In this document: positions 12,721-26,300 of the stretch, one piece after another
How the letters are laid out: each line of letters opens with the position of its first letter
How positions within the stretch are numbered: the first letter of the stretch is position 1
NCBI GenBank assembly: GCA_003971905.1
Contig: RSEE01000019.1
Span: 248,001 to 312,000 of the forward strand
Direction: 5' to 3'
Length of the DNA: 64,000 bases
Origin: Moniliella sp. 'wahieum'
Taxonomy: Eukaryota
Translations under genes and position numbers: made by a program
The notes under the pieces: model-generated
Seen by the model: the letters and a program-made list of their open reading frames with translations, nothing else
What the model was told of the DNA's origin: nothing
The model's database searches: none

Positions 12721-13480
12721 AGCATGGAGCAGCGCCAGCAGGCAGCCATCGATACGATCCGAGAATTGGGGGCAAAGGGCGCGCGGCGCATGAGCACTGG
12801 TGTGGTTCATTCCTTTCGAACTCGGTGAGACTGTGCCTGCGCCTGGACGTGTGCCTGGCTGGGGCTTGCGCGCGGGGTCGGGCAAGCGGCCATTCGTCTT
12901 GCCTGTGTTTCGATCAGGATTAGGATTTCGATTACGCCTGAGGCCCTGCCTTGCGGCTGCGATCGTTCCTTTGCCATTACAGGCACGCGGCGGGACAATG
13001 TGCAGGCGGCGCGCTGCCCAGCCTGGGCGCTCAGCCTCAGCCTCACGCCCCCGCGGCCGGCGCCGCACAGGGGCAGTGCCTGCAGGCGGGCGGCTCAGAA
13101 GCGCTCACCGCAGGCCTCAGGCTGAGGCCCACGCGTCACGAGCCGAGGGACCGGCGCGGTGGGATGCGCTCGGCATCCCGCACAGCGCCAGTGCTGGCCC
13201 CATCGCAGACAGGCACCCGTGGCGGACGCAGTGCTCTGCAGTGCTGCTGCCGCTGCTGCCGGCAGCGGCGGACGCCGGCGTGCTGCTTGCCGCCCCGCCG
13301 CTCCCTCCGCCCCCCTCCCCACCACCCTCAGCCTCACGCCTCGGCAGCCCCGGCCCCACCCCCGTCCCTTGCCCTGTGCTCAGGTCCAGGCACGCCCCAC
13401 CCACCTCCGCCCTCGCCACGCCCTCGCCTTCCATCTTGTCTCTACCGCCGCCGGCCTCGGCTGCTGACCTCCAGGCGCCC

Positions 13481-15805
13481 ATGTACGCATCCGCACCACC
13501 GCCGCTCCATCACACCCCCCCACCCCCGGCACGCTCCCGAGCCAGCACCCACACCTCCATGGTCATGCCTCGGCTCCTGCCCCACCCCACCCCTACGCTG
13601 TGCCTGGTGCCCCCCTGCTCCGCTTGGGGGCGCCCCTCCCAGCGTCGGTGCATACTATGGCACAGGCACCTACCTCCCACCTGACACCTACGCCCCATCC
13701 TCTGCCCTCTACACCTCCCTGCCCCCGTCCCCCATCCAGCCTGGCGTCCACCTCTTCCAACCTCTGTGGCTGCCCCTCCACCCGCGCCTTGGGGCGCTCC
13801 CGCTCCTCCCCGTCTGGCGCTGCTTCCGCCTACCTCCCTTCTCCCGGCCCAGGTGCCTTTGGCCAGCCCCAATTCCCTCCCCCGCATTCGCTTCCTGCTC
13901 CCTACCCCGCCTCCGCCTTCTCCCCTGCGCTTCAGACGGCGTCGTCATCCATGGCACCCGCTTCGATACCGGCCAAACGTCTGCCAAAGAAAGAGGACAT
14001 GGACGATGACGACGATCGCCCGCTCGCCGAGTCTCTCCCCGCAGTAGCCCGGTCCGCTCCCCCTCGCCCGCAGCGGCGTACTATGACCAAACCTGATCCT
14101 TCTGCTGACCCTAGTCCGCCTACTCTCCCCCCTCCAACGGCAGGAGATGGCACGACGAATGGCACAGCCGAGCAGGATGAAGAGGGAAAGAAGATGAGTC
14201 ATGTCACCATGTTCCGCTGTACTGGCTATGGTGACTGCAACATGGTTTTACCCGCAGTGAACATCTGGCTCGCCACCAGCGCAAGCACAATGGCGCCAAG
14301 CCTTTCACCTGCCATTGTAGCAAATCATTTTCCCGCCTCGACAATTTACGCCAGCACGCGAATACAGTGCACGCGTCGTTGTCGCAAAAGAATGAAGAGA
14401 TGCTTTCGGAACTATCCACTCTTCACGCCAACTCGCCGCCAAAGCCGCTCAGGCTCAGTTGGCGGCCAATCAGGTGATTGGCCGCACGCGCGCGCCTCGC
14501 ACTTCTGGGGCAGGGCGAGGGAATCCGGGTCATGCGCGAAAACGAAGGCGGCTGAGTAGTACTGCCTCTGCCCACGCCAATGGAACTGGCGCCGGGGTGT
14601 CACGAGCTCTCACACCACCCCTCCTGCACCTCCTTCTGCTTCAGGGGACAGCCTGGACATCTATCGTCCATGATTCCCCTCCCCAGTGCATGCCAGGACC
14701 CGCTGGCCCCGCGCCCGCCAACGGCCACTTCGATGCAGGGAGCGGGATACGATTCAGGCTACTTGGGTGGTATGGACTTTTTCTGGCTTGGCCGTCCTTC
14801 CTCGGCGGCGGGAGTACACTATTTGATATGTGGCGACCGGGATCGCGCTCGACGGACACGTACCCTCCCAACAGGGGGGTATGGTTATGGCGAGTACCGC
14901 CGTCCGCCGACGTCAGAGTACCATGACCGCGGAAGGCGCGGACGAATACCGCTCCGACCCGTACGCCCGCCCTGCCACCAACGGAGGCGACTATCCGCGT
15001 CCCAGTACTTCGCCTCGGCCGTGATGGCCGGTTCCAGCGGGGAGATTTTCCCTGCGTCCGGCGCGGAATGGCGGGCGTCCCGCCCACCTACCGCCGCAGG
15101 GGCGGGGAGCGCCCTCGCTCCACCCACCACTTCCACCGCCTCTTCTGCTCTGGCCACCTCTGCTCGTCCTTTGAGCAGGGCCGCGACCTTCCTGCTCTGC
15201 CCTGCCTGTAGGCCCCTGGACCGCGCTGGCGCCTCTGGTTCGGGCCGACCAGGCACGCGGGGCCAGGAACGGACAGGTAGCACGTGGGATCGCCCTGCCA
15301 CTCGAGGCTCGCCGCCGGGCAAGTCGGATCGACCCGTGTTGCCACCCCTCTCCTCCTCAGTCGACCGGCCACAACTCCGGAGGGACGGGGGGCCGACCCA
15401 ACCTCCACGTCCGGCCAGTCGGGATTTGTTCTCTACTCTGCTCAGCGGCTCCGACCTGCGGCCCCCTCGAACCACTCGCTCTTTTTCCGCGCGCCTTCGC
15501 GTGGGGGCGAGACGGAGGAGCGACCCTTGGGGCGTGCACCCTCTCGGTCCGGGGGTCGTTTGGCGGATTGGGTATGGGTCGTTGACCGCGGTCCGATCCC
15601 CGCCGCTCGGTGCGACGGTTTCGCACGGCAATGGCACGCGAATGGGAACGGGTATGGCTCCCGTGCCCTACCTCCCCCTCAACTCCACGTGCCGTCTGAC
15701 GAAGAGAACGATTCTCCCTTCCGCTTTGCTCCGCCCGCTCCCAAGACAGCCGAGGAGGACGATGGGCGGTTGCCTCGCCCAAGGCGAGCCTACGCGCCAG
15801 CGTAA
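13481..15805 (+). CDS. C2H2 zinc-finger transcription factor, Usv1/Nsf1/Rgm1-like; several frameshifts, start uncertain
   Basis: Restoring one T at about 14249 gives [54 protein letters not shown]; low-complexity RP(S/T) tail ending SPFRFAPP...RRAYAPA*. Confidence 0.85.
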
Positions 15806-16733
15806 AATTTTGTTGCGCCGAGGGGGTCGTTGGCTTCTTGGCTCTTGGCTCTATCTTGGTCCCTACCCTCCGCACGAGCTCACTACGCCTCAGCCCTTCA
15901 AGCCATCTCTTTCGCACCATGCGCTTGTGCTCTTGGGGGCCCTCTGTATCTTCCACACACGATGGGGCCACCGAGCACCATATGACCTTAAACTGGCTAC
16001 GCTTTCTCTGCACCCTGTCTAACTAGTTTCTCTGTTTTTTCTTTTCCTTGCTCTACCCCCCCCTCCGCCCTCGGGCCTCAAGCCGCATGATCATCCCCAA
16101 TGGCTAATGACTGGTGACCTCACGTGGTGCCTTTCTGTCCGAGTGGGATGGTGGGAGGGGGCGTAGATGGCGCCCATTCATACCTATACGAACTGCCATG
16201 CTCGTATCGTACCCCATTTGTTTGTTTGTCGAGAAAGAGTCGATAGGGATAGGGTCGCTATTGGCCCGCCGACCGAGCATCCCATGCACCACCCAACGCG
16301 AGTCACTGGTCACCTACGATGGGCTCTATCTCACCAGTGCATCACGCACCTTGCAGCACGGGATAGAGGGAGGGGTAGGGCATGCCGTGACAGCACGGGA
16401 CAGAGGTGCATTCCATTGCAAACCTTTGCTCTCATAGTCCACGAGCAAAGGGACAAAAGAGCAGTACCACAACCCCGCAAAAACGCCCTCGTAGAGCAGT
16501 AAAAGGGAGGACCGGTGCGCAGCGCACGGCCCTTCGCACCAAGAGGCAAGTAGATTGGTATACGGAACAGGTCGTCGGTCGTAGTGCAATATAAAGTAAG
16601 TGGAGAGGTGGGGATGTGGAAGAGAGAACGGAACGGGGGCATGGAGAGCATGCAAAGGAGAGTGGTTGGAGAGCGGTGGGGGGGGGGGGGGGGGACGGAG
16701 AGGAGGAAGGAAGAGGAGAGGAGGAATGCAGGC

Positions 16734-19700
16734 TCATGTTGTAGCCGTCTTATCAAACAACCGACGCACCACATCGAACTTGAGTCGTCTCGAGGCGGGA
16801 GTGGAGCGGAGCGGGCTTTTGGACCCAGAAGCGGAAACCGAAGCGGTAGCAGAGGCGACATTCTGTTCCACTTGCTCGAGCGGCGGGTCGGACTGGGCAT
16901 GAACCCAACGTGTTCGCCCAGCTCGCTCGACGACGCGGCCGCTCAAAGCGGGAGCCGAGCGTTTGGTGCGCAATACTCTCTTCTCTGCCCGGAGACCGAT
17001 GGGCGAGATGGGACGGGGGAGCGATCCAGTCCCTCGACGTGGCTCCTTCGGTTCCCCTGGACCCAACAAGTCCCCCCTCGATGGGTGCAGCGTGTTGGTC
17101 GAGGCAGCGTGGCGTAGGCGCGGTCCTGCGTGCCAGCGCCCGCTTCTGGGGGATAATAGGGGCGGATGTGCGCCCGCCGGACCGGAGAGATGGGCGGAGA
17201 TAAGGCAGCCAAGCCAAAGCTGGCGCCAGCACCAGCAAGATAGGCTGGCCCAGGTTCAAAGACAAGCCCTTTTCGTTCCAAGATTGCCTGGAGGTGGGGC
17301 TGGGCTAAAGAGCCAGCCACGTCTGTGCGTGTTGAGGAAGGGGCGTGCTGCTCTTCCCCCCCCCTGTTGGGGGGAGTGATGTTACGTTGAGTTGCCGCTG
17401 ACTCGGCCGATTCGCCTGACCCTTCGCGCAGCGGAGAACGGACCAAGTGCGGGAAGTCGTGCCGTCCTGCACGGCGTGCACAAGGGGTGTCCGCTCCGCC
17501 TCCTCTGCCTCTGCCTTCCCTCGGCGACGTGCGTATAAGGTGGGAGGAAAAGGTACACTCTCTGTCGCGTTGCGTGTAGGCGAAGGAAGCGCCAATGGCG
17601 TCACCTTCTGTCCACGCGATCCACCGGGGTGCGCGGCCGAAAGCGAGGGGGGCGTGCTTGGCTGGCGGGCCGAGGGCAAGGTCGGGGTTCTAACCTTTTC
17701 CGGAGAGGGGCCATGAGACGGGTAACGAGCATGAGGCGCAACGGGGTCAGGAGCAGAGAGCGCGACGGAGGCCGCCGAGGCAACCAGGCCAGCGGGCATG
17801 GTGGCGGCCGAAGTGGATGGCAAGGCATCGCAAAAGGAATGAGTGCCGGTTTGGTCGCGGTCGCGTTGGCGTTCGCGCGTCATTGCCTGACCGAGGGCAG
17901 CGAGTTGCTGGGCCAAAGTGAGAGTGGTGCCATCGTCGAGCTGGACGGCAAGATTGGGCGCTTGGCCTTCCCCTGCGCCTTGGCCGCGTGCGAGAATGGC
18001 GGCGGCCTGTGCGGCCGCAGGCAATGGGTTGGGTGGGACGACGAGCGAGGTGCTAGTCCGGGATGTAGGTACGGGCGATGAGCGCTTTGCACCTGGGTGG
18101 GACGAGCGCGGAAAAGACAGTGGGGGGGTTGCGGAGGCAGTGGGGGTAGAAGGAGCGGTATCTGACTGGCTCATTTGGGCTGCCCCTGGAGAAGGGAGCA
18201 GGTCGACTGATCTGTCCTTGAGCAAGTCGACTGACCTGTTCCTAACTATGCGGGGCGACGGTTCGCTTGGGTAGCGTGTTTTTAATCCCAAAGACGTACC
18301 CGCCGAGTAAGCGCGGTAAGGCGGGATAGAGAAGTGGGGGCTGGAAGAAGGTGAAGGCATTGAGTTGGGAGCCAATTCTTCCCATTCGTCCCTTGCCCCC
18401 GTGTCATCCGATGCAGTCACCATCCCAGTCCCATGAGACAAGACATTTGCATACCGCTGGGACGAACTGACATTGACTCCGCGCCCAGGCAGGCCAAAGA
18501 GCACCCCCTTCTCACCGGCGCTACCAAATACGTCATCCTTGGTATCATGGCGTTGGGGTCGTGACTCAGGACCTGAGTTGCTGGCATTGCCGCTGACGGA
18601 TGACACGGCCGAAGGAGGACGTGAAGACGTTGGGGTAGGGTAGTCCGACACGCCCGAGTCCTTGAGTGGCGCATCGGGCACAATGGATGCCATGGTTGTA
18701 CTAGGTGAAGTGGGTTGGGGCGGCAGGGGCGGTGCGGCGGCGCGTTTCCGCAACATTCGTTCCGAAATGATTGGAAGTGAGGGGCGCCGCGGACCAGAAA
18801 AACTGGCGGTGCGTACTTGGGGTTGAGGTTGGGAGGGGTTGGGAGCAACAGGAACAAGTGGGGAAGAAGTTGGTTCAATCGAGACGATTCCTTGGCTCGT
18901 CCCCGTTGTGCTTGGAGCCTGAACATCGGGCGGGGCAGCAGGGGCTAGTCGAGGACGTTCTGTGTGGGGACTGGGGGTGGTACGGGGGAAGATGCGTGAG
19001 TGGGGGGAGGTGGGGGAGGGTAAAGAGGGGAATGAGAAGGCGAGATCCGGGGCTTGGGGGGCCGGCAAGGCCGAGGGGCCAGTTAGGTTGGAAGAGTGGT
19101 GCGAACGCAAGTTGACCAGCGAATGCATCTTGGGCAGGCGGCTGACCCTCGGGCCACTCGAGCCGCCGAGCGGCGTCGTGGAACCGCTGTCCTTGCGGTG
19201 GCGGGACAACATAGAGAGGCGGAAGTAGAGACCGCGTCAGCAATCCGCTCAAACGAGCGTGTGGGCATCAGGCGGTAGCGGCGGGCGGTGGGGGAGGGAG
19301 GCCCGCTACCTGGGGGACTGCCTTGAGATGGCATTAGCGATGGCCGTCGCCATGGGTCGCCCAAACTGGACAAATCGGAGCCTGAAGACGACTCGAGGGC
19401 GAGGTGCAAGGCGCTGGACATGGAATGGTTGGCGAGGGATTGTGGGGTGGCCCCATTTTCGTCTGCTGCATCAATGTTGGCGCCCGCCTGCACCAACAGT
19501 TGCACCACCCCGGCATGGCCGTTGGCCACGGCGAGGTGGAGCGGAGTGGCGCCGACGGGACTGTGAGCGGGCGAGAGGGAGGCGCAGCATCGGCCCCGGC
19601 GGGAGAAGAGGAGGAAGAGACGGAGCAAGCAGAGGGCACGCGGGCTGGGGGGCGAGGTAGGCTGGGGGTGGCGCGGTGGGCGAGGAGGAGGGCGACAACA

Positions 19701-19888
19701 GCAATGTGCCCGGCGGCAGCGGCAGCATGAAGTGGCGCCAGGCCATCGGTGACAGTGTCGGGGGAGAGTCCGACCGCAAGGGCGGCACGGACAGCCGGCT
19801 CGTCGCCAGCCAAGGCAGCGGCAACGAGCTGGCGTGGGCGCCAGAGACGACTGCGGGGGGGATGGGGGGCGGGGGTGCCGGGACCCAT
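16734..19888 (-). CDS. Ankyrin-repeat protein with long Ser/Pro-rich disordered tail; frameshifted, 3' end uncertain
   Basis: GLAPLHAAAAAGHIAVVALLL and GATPLHLAVANGHAGVVQLLVQAGANIDAADENGATP ankyrin repeats; 635-aa downstream ORF on the same strand. Confidence 0.75.
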
Positions 19889-20064
19889 GTTGATGCGGAG
19901 CAGTGGGAAAGGGAGAGGCGCGCCCCGGGCGTGGATGAGGCCAAGAGAAGATGGGTGGGACGGCAGTGGGGAGGGGTAATTAATGGTGAACGGACTGGCA
20001 ATGGGGAGCTGCAATGCAAGAAGGCCCATGTGGCTCCGCGTCTTTTGCCGGTGCAGACACGGTG

Positions 20065-20660
20065 TTGATGAATGATTAATGATTGGCCTGGCTCGCCTGA
20101 TCGGCCGGTCGGTCCATGTGCTTGAAGCTTGAAGCTTGAGGGGCTCTCGGATCTCAGCGCCGCTCAGTACTCAGTAAGTACTCAGTCTGAGCGCTGAGTC
20201 TCAGCAGTACGTTCGGTCTGAGTAGCTAGTAATAGCCTAACCGGGCCGGAGCCACAGGTTGAGCTGTGGCGTGGCAAGAATAGGCCCAGGCCCAGAAAGA
20301 ACCCAGGCCAAGGCTGCATAAGGCCTAAGGGCCACAGCACACAGACCCTGGCACAGCCACACTGCTGCTGCTGCTCGTCTGCGTGAGCGTGAGCCATGTG
20401 TGCTGAGTCTGCCGAGTCCCCCGAGTCCGCCGCTTGCCTTTTCGTGCCCCTGCGCATGTCCCCATGAGACTATCGACTATCCCCCATCATGCATATCATG
20501 CATCATGAATCATTCCTCGCCTCCCGACTCTCCGATCTCACACAACGACCACCCTCTTCCCACCACTGCTGCTGTACGACGCACCACACACGAATGCTAC
20601 GCGTCGGGGCAGACGTGGGGTGCGTTAAACGTTAAAAGCTCGTTAAGCGCTAAGCGAGGC
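20065..20660. repeat. Palindromic 7-bp-lattice mosaic upstream of the ankyrin gene
   Basis: tgattaatga, ttgaagcttgaagcttga, tcagtactca, tgagcgctga, taaggcctaa, tcatgcatca, taaacgttaa, taagcgctaa. Confidence 0.8.
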
Positions 20661-21289
20661 CCATATACTGTGGGCTCCACTTGTCAGAGAAATACAGCAC
20701 CCGCTCAAAATCCGTCTCTGGCACCACATCCTCAACACACGTCACATGTCACAGCTACTGCCAATATTGCCACACTGCTATATTACTGAGTAACGCCTGC
20801 TACCGCGCCCCAGCCCTTCTCGCCGAATAAAAAAAAGCTTCGCCACAAGAACTGTGCATGAATGTTCCGCAGAGAGCGATCTCAAAGATCACTGCAAGAG
20901 AATTCATGCTCCACCGCTCCCACACACCACTCGTCCATCGCGTCTCCCTAAGTCTCTCTCCATATCCCCGACACACTCTCTTACAGTATATATACACCCA
21001 CACATCCCCCCCCTCATTATGTGTGTCCGTGCTCTCAATGGCGTACCGGATACCTCTCTTGTATTCGATTTTGTCACGCAGGCCTATAGCTAGTGATGCT
21101 GGCCATGGGGAATGGAAATGGTATTCCAGAGCTAATAAGGAGAGCTAGACCTTTGGGCCGAGGTAGGCTCCGGGCTCGGAGCCCGGAAGGTCCGGGACGC
21201 ACTGCCCCGATGCGCTGTGTGTATCGCGCCACGTGCCACTGAAGGCCGATGGGCTCTGAACCCAAGATTTTCAATGGAATAAGCGCTAA

Positions 21290-22990
21290 CAATTATTGCT
21301 AAGCTCGCTCCTCCTCAAGCCGCAGGAGGCCTCAACGTTCAACGTCCTCAACGTCCTCAACGTTCAAGTTGAACGTTGAACGTTTTTGAAGTTGATGTCG
21401 GCCTCGCTACTACCACAGGATGTGAGCACTGAACGTCGCATTGGACTAAGGAGCTTCTGCGACTGAATCGTCCAGAAGACTGGTGCGAGCTCGGAAGGAA
21501 TGAAAACTGACTCACGTGGCTCAGGGTACGCGCGGTCCTATAGGACGGATGTCAACAGTTAACGTTTAATGTTCCCGCGTTCACGACCTTTCACGACGTT
21601 CATGCCCAAAAGAGAAGTCTGGCAGCCCGACGCGTCTCCTCCTCAAAGCTTCGGCAGTCATATAGTCATAGCTTAGTTTTCCCTCTCTTCCACTCCCTCC
21701 TCCCTCTCCGCTACTCTCTACTACTCGCTCACCAGCAATCAATCTCTATCGTCTATTTGACCTACAGTTCTTGATGGCCGTTTCGCTTGGCATCGGGATC
21801 CGGTGACATCATCAAGTGTCAATTGAGTACGCTTCTATTCAGACTGAGTACTGAGCGTGTACTGTGTACTGTACGTTACTGTTCGTTACTATAGTTACTG
21901 AACGTTCGTTGAACACGTTGAACGTACTGAACGTACTGAACGTACTGAACGTTGAACTTTGAAGACGTTGAAGCTTCCTTGAAGAGCTTGAAGCTGGAAG
22001 TCAAGGCTAAGCCTTATCAGTTAGGCCTAAGGCTTAGTATTAAGCGCCTAAGCCCCCCTACTGATTCTAAGGCTGGATGAGGCCGAGGCCTGAGACTCAG
22101 GCTCTCAGGCCCTCAGCCTGAGGGTTGAGACGTTGAGGCTCAACTGAGCAGCGCTGTGAGCCTCAGTCCACAGCCTGAGGCCTGAGGTGGCGGATGGACG
22201 GCAGGGATACTGAACTTCTCGGTTGTATGAGGTGGCGGGACGCCCTGGGTAGGTGGACGACCCATGCGCACTGCCTACGTCCACAACATACGCCCCACAT
22301 GGGATAGACACTCCAAGCAATCGGCAGAGGAGACACCGTGCCGCCGGAATGGAATTGAGGGGCAGAGCACTGCAGAGCCGCATTCTGCATCGCATCACCC
22401 CGTCTGTCCTCACAAATCAATCATCGATCACCGCTCACAACATAGCCTGCGGGCAGATCTCAGATTTGCGTCTTAGATCTCAGACCTGCAGACAATAGAC
22501 AGGTGCTCGCATGGGGGCCGTGTGCGCGCTGCGCATGTGAGAAAGCGGGACGTTGAAAGCGGGTGGGAGAGTGCTGTGTCAGGCCTCAGGCGGTGCGCCG
22601 GCCTTGGCCTGCCTTGGCTGCGCAGCCAGTGCCTTGCTCGCTCCTCTGGCCGGGGCAGAGGCGGTGCAGGGCGCGCAGTGTTCGTGATGCATGCAGGCGC
22701 ACCGCAGCTGGCGCATGTCGGCACACCGTGTGAGCGCGCTGGCTGAGCGCGCTCAGATCTCTGATCCGCTCAGACCTGCTCACTCTGAGTGCAGCGCTGA
22801 GAGGCGCTGAGAGGCGCTGAGGTGCGCTGAGGCGCCGAGGTCTGAGGGCCTGAGGCATACTGAGCGTACCGAGTATTATGTATCTGTGCACGTACCTACC
22901 CAGTGTAAAAAAACTAAAGCTCAAGCCAGCAACCCGCCACTACCCGTCCTCGGGAATAACCCTGCCCTCCTCCTAAGCTCTAGGCCTCAG
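21290..22990. repeat. Long palindromic-lattice mosaic region (AACGTT, AGTACT, AAGCTT, AGGCCT, AGATCT, AGCGCT blocks)
   Basis: tcaacgttca, tgaacgttgaacgtt, tgagtactga, ttaggcctaa, tgaggcctga, ttagatctca; no ORF track entries over 21293-22104. Confidence 0.8.
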
Positions 22991-23128
22991 GCCCTCAGGC
23001 TTTACCGGTTACCGGTTGCCGGCCTCCGTTGGTTACTCATGCTGCTCTCGTCTACGCTCAGCGCTCACTTGCTTCTTCTCGCCACCGTCACTGTCCCCTC
23101 GTCGCTGCACTCCCCCTCCCCGCGTATA

Positions 23129-24628
23129 ATGCCCGCCGTTGCCGCGCTCGGCGCGCTTACCCTCTCCGCCGCCGAGGCCGCTGCCACGCTGGGCTACCCC
23201 CATCTGGTCCAGAACCATGGCCCTGCGTTGGTGTGGCAGGCGTTTGTCGCACTCGTCGTCACCAAGCTTGTCCTCCTGTTTGCCGCCACGCCTTGGGCCC
23301 GCACACCGCTCGCCGCCATCGTCATCGCCCTCGACGCCGCCTTCTTGCACCACATCATACCACCCAAGCAGGGGTTCTGGGCTGCGCTGCCTGCCCGGCT
23401 CGAAGCCCAGGTCCACACACTCCTACATGCCGCCTGGACTCCTTCCCTTGCTGCTGCTTATCACGCGGGCCTGGCACACCTACGCAAGGGCCACCAAGCC
23501 ACAGCCACCCATGTCCCGCGATGGTACGAGCTGGTTTGCCTTCATTTTGCTGCGCTCTCCCATCAAGCCCTGGACCATGGTGCCCATTGGTACAAAGTAG
23601 CACAGTTGCATGCCACTCAGCTGCATGGCTGGGCTGCTGAGCGCATCCCACCCTCCGTTGTGCACGCCGCGCACCACCCCACCCTTGTCCAGGCTGCCAA
23701 AACAACACGCTTCCATGTTACATCTGGATGGAACACGCTATGGTTCCATGGCGCTAAGGGTTACGCCGCGTCCCGAGCCCATGGCACGCACTTTGCCCAG
23801 GCTGCCTCGGAGCGTATGCCTTTGGTGTACGGCCACGTCGCACAACACTGGCCTATGTATGCAGTTATAGCCCAGCTGATTCTCGTGACCGGTCTCTTCC
23901 TCACCCAGCCTCAAATCCTCCGGCCGACCCGAGACTGGCTTAACCAAATCCGACACTCCTGCCACGGGTGACACTTCCGTTGTTATTCCCGAACGGTACC
24001 AGCTGCACTCGCATGTTTCGTCTCCCGACACCACGATCGCAGAGGACGAGAATACCGCCGGTATCGACAGGGTGGATCCCGTTACGTACGTCGACCCCTA
24101 CCAAGCGCAATGGGTCTGACACGATCAAAAAGCTGAACAATGACTCTCTCCCTGCCCCGTCCCAAAAGGATGACGTGTCCAAGAAGACAAATGGGCTGGT
24201 TTCGCCCTCGGTTCTCCCTGCTACGCCAGCCAAGCCTCTGAAACCTAACCCACTCGCCACTGCGGTAAATGGCGCGTCTTCTTCTCCCCATACGCCTGCC
24301 AAGCCCGCCTCCCAGCCTCCTAGCGCATACAAATCCCTTCCTTCTCCACCGGACGAGGCCGATAACCGCTCAATCTTCAAACGGAACGGGTCGGGCCTGC
24401 GCAAACTCCGTAACTCTCTTCGTCGCAGCCCGGCCGCTGAGGGAGAGGGAAAACGGTCACGGTTTGGGTTACGGTCGCGTGGCGCTATGGCTTCCTCTGC
24501 CTCTCTCAACTCACCTGCCAATGGCGACACGTCCGTCGACGCCTCTTTCGATACGAGTGCCACCACATCACCCCTGCGCAAACGCAAGGCCCCCTCTCGG
24601 CCATCATCTTGGGCGATATCAAGCCTTA
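23129..24628 (+). CDS. Hypothetical membrane protein (hydrophobic N-terminal helices, basic/Ser-rich tail); frameshift near 23965
   Basis: Long coding-like ORF MPAVAALGAL... with TM-like segments, continuing in a second frame to SPLRKRK; no recognised domain; end approximate. Confidence 0.55.
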
Positions 24629-25559
24629 ATACCACGTGTCTCTTTCAGGCCCATGATCCCTCCTTCTTTATCTTGAGGGGTTCCCCCCACCCCCCTTGTC
24701 TACCCCTACTACTACCCACTCTCCGCGCCTCTGCTCGCTTCCCCCGCCCCCACTGTACTCCCTTTCGCAGAGAAGTAGGTTCTTGTCGCACATGATGATT
24801 CCTTGGGTATATATTTTTTTTCTCGCCTCCCCCGGTACTGTCGGGGTCTTTCTGCAATTCCAAGACCTATTTGGCCTTAGGCTTCATGCCTCATGCCTCA
24901 TGCCCCATGATGGCCTCGCATACTCGCCATGTTCCATGAGCTCTTGAAGACTTTGATTGATTATTTGACCTGTTGTGTCTGTAAGTGAGGGTCCCGGGAG
25001 GTCATGCACATAACGCATGCCATGCATCAACGATTTGTATGCGGTGATCGATTATCACCCTTTCAAACTCCATCCCATACCATGTTTGTGGGAGGCTCGG
25101 GATCGGCAGGAGTTGGCGGAATGGGGCGGAATACGGAAGTGGAGGTCGAGAAAAGTCAGGCTATAAATTTCTTCCTTCTTCGCTTGAAGCTGGATGCAAG
25201 CATTCGTTCTCCCCACCATGTAATACCCGGTTCACAACGGGAGCGCCCGTGACCAAGGGCCCTCCAACCGAGACATCAAACTTCAAGGCCCACTCAGTTC
25301 TCTCTCCACCTCCATGACCCAATTCGAATCGATCTTAAAGCTTCAACGGTCAACGTTCAAGGTGAGTTGCGCATCTCTTCCCCCCCCGCCCTTCCCTCAC
25401 ATGTGGGGGAAGGGGGCACCAATGATTTGAACGAACCAAATTCTTGAGACTTGGCGTCGATGAGAACCCAAATGTTCTTTTTATGTCTTTCGCTCCTTTA
25501 TGAGGCTCCTCCTTCGTGATGCATTAAGCATCCTTCCTACCAGACTGTTGCTGACTATT

Positions 25560-26300
25560 TTGCATCCAGATGCGATCCTCGGTGCAGGTATCCACTGCTA
25601 CCCATACCCCGGTCGGTCACAATGACTTGACTCTACCTCACGTGGAAACTTCTGTTGGTATCCGTCACGCCGTCCTACCGTTGCCACTTAGGCCAAACTC
25701 GTACTCAACCGCGATCGATATTCGATGCTCGAGGGATGATCTGCACGCACCACCTCATCCAGTGCCCACCTCCGTGCGGTTGTGTGACTGAGGTTCCTGG
25801 GTCTACTGATCACGCTATCCTCGTCTCCCGGCCGCAAGGGCGAGCTGGTCGCATCGTATCTTGTTTCTCCACATCTTCCGGCCGAAGAGGATTGAGAGAC
25901 TAATGACACTAGCTTGGTGGGATCTTGCACTCGAGTCTCTCCGTTAAGATTATCGATCACGATCTCCCAAACCCTCCTGACGCCGATAACTAGATGACTA
26001 CCCAAATTACCACGGTACACTACCACCACGGACAGCATCCCATGCCCAAGACGACAGTGGGCGCCCCTTCATTTCAACTCTGCCTCTGCCACGGGCCCTG
26101 TTCCCCCCTCTCCTGCCGGTCATCGTACAGAGGATGCGGGCTGGTTAAGACTGCCCTCTTTTATTGGTTGTACTTGGTCAGCATCCTGCTCCAGGCCTAT
26201 AGTCTCCTAATGCATGGTTTTAATTTACGGCCGGAACGACGGTAGAAACGCTTTGAATCCAGGCGTGTTGTTTTTGATGCTGTTTCCACGCCCATGCCAT
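25560..26300 (+). mobile_element. Possible decayed LINE (APE endonuclease) relic
   Basis: STAIDIRCS and GSTDHAIL resemble APE C-terminal motifs (SxID, SDH); heavily degenerate. Confidence 0.3.

Noticed and set aside
12800..13480. Long overlapping GC-rich ORFs upstream of the Usv1-like gene
   Set aside because: No domain; open frames are expected at this GC content; probably promoter and 5' UTR.
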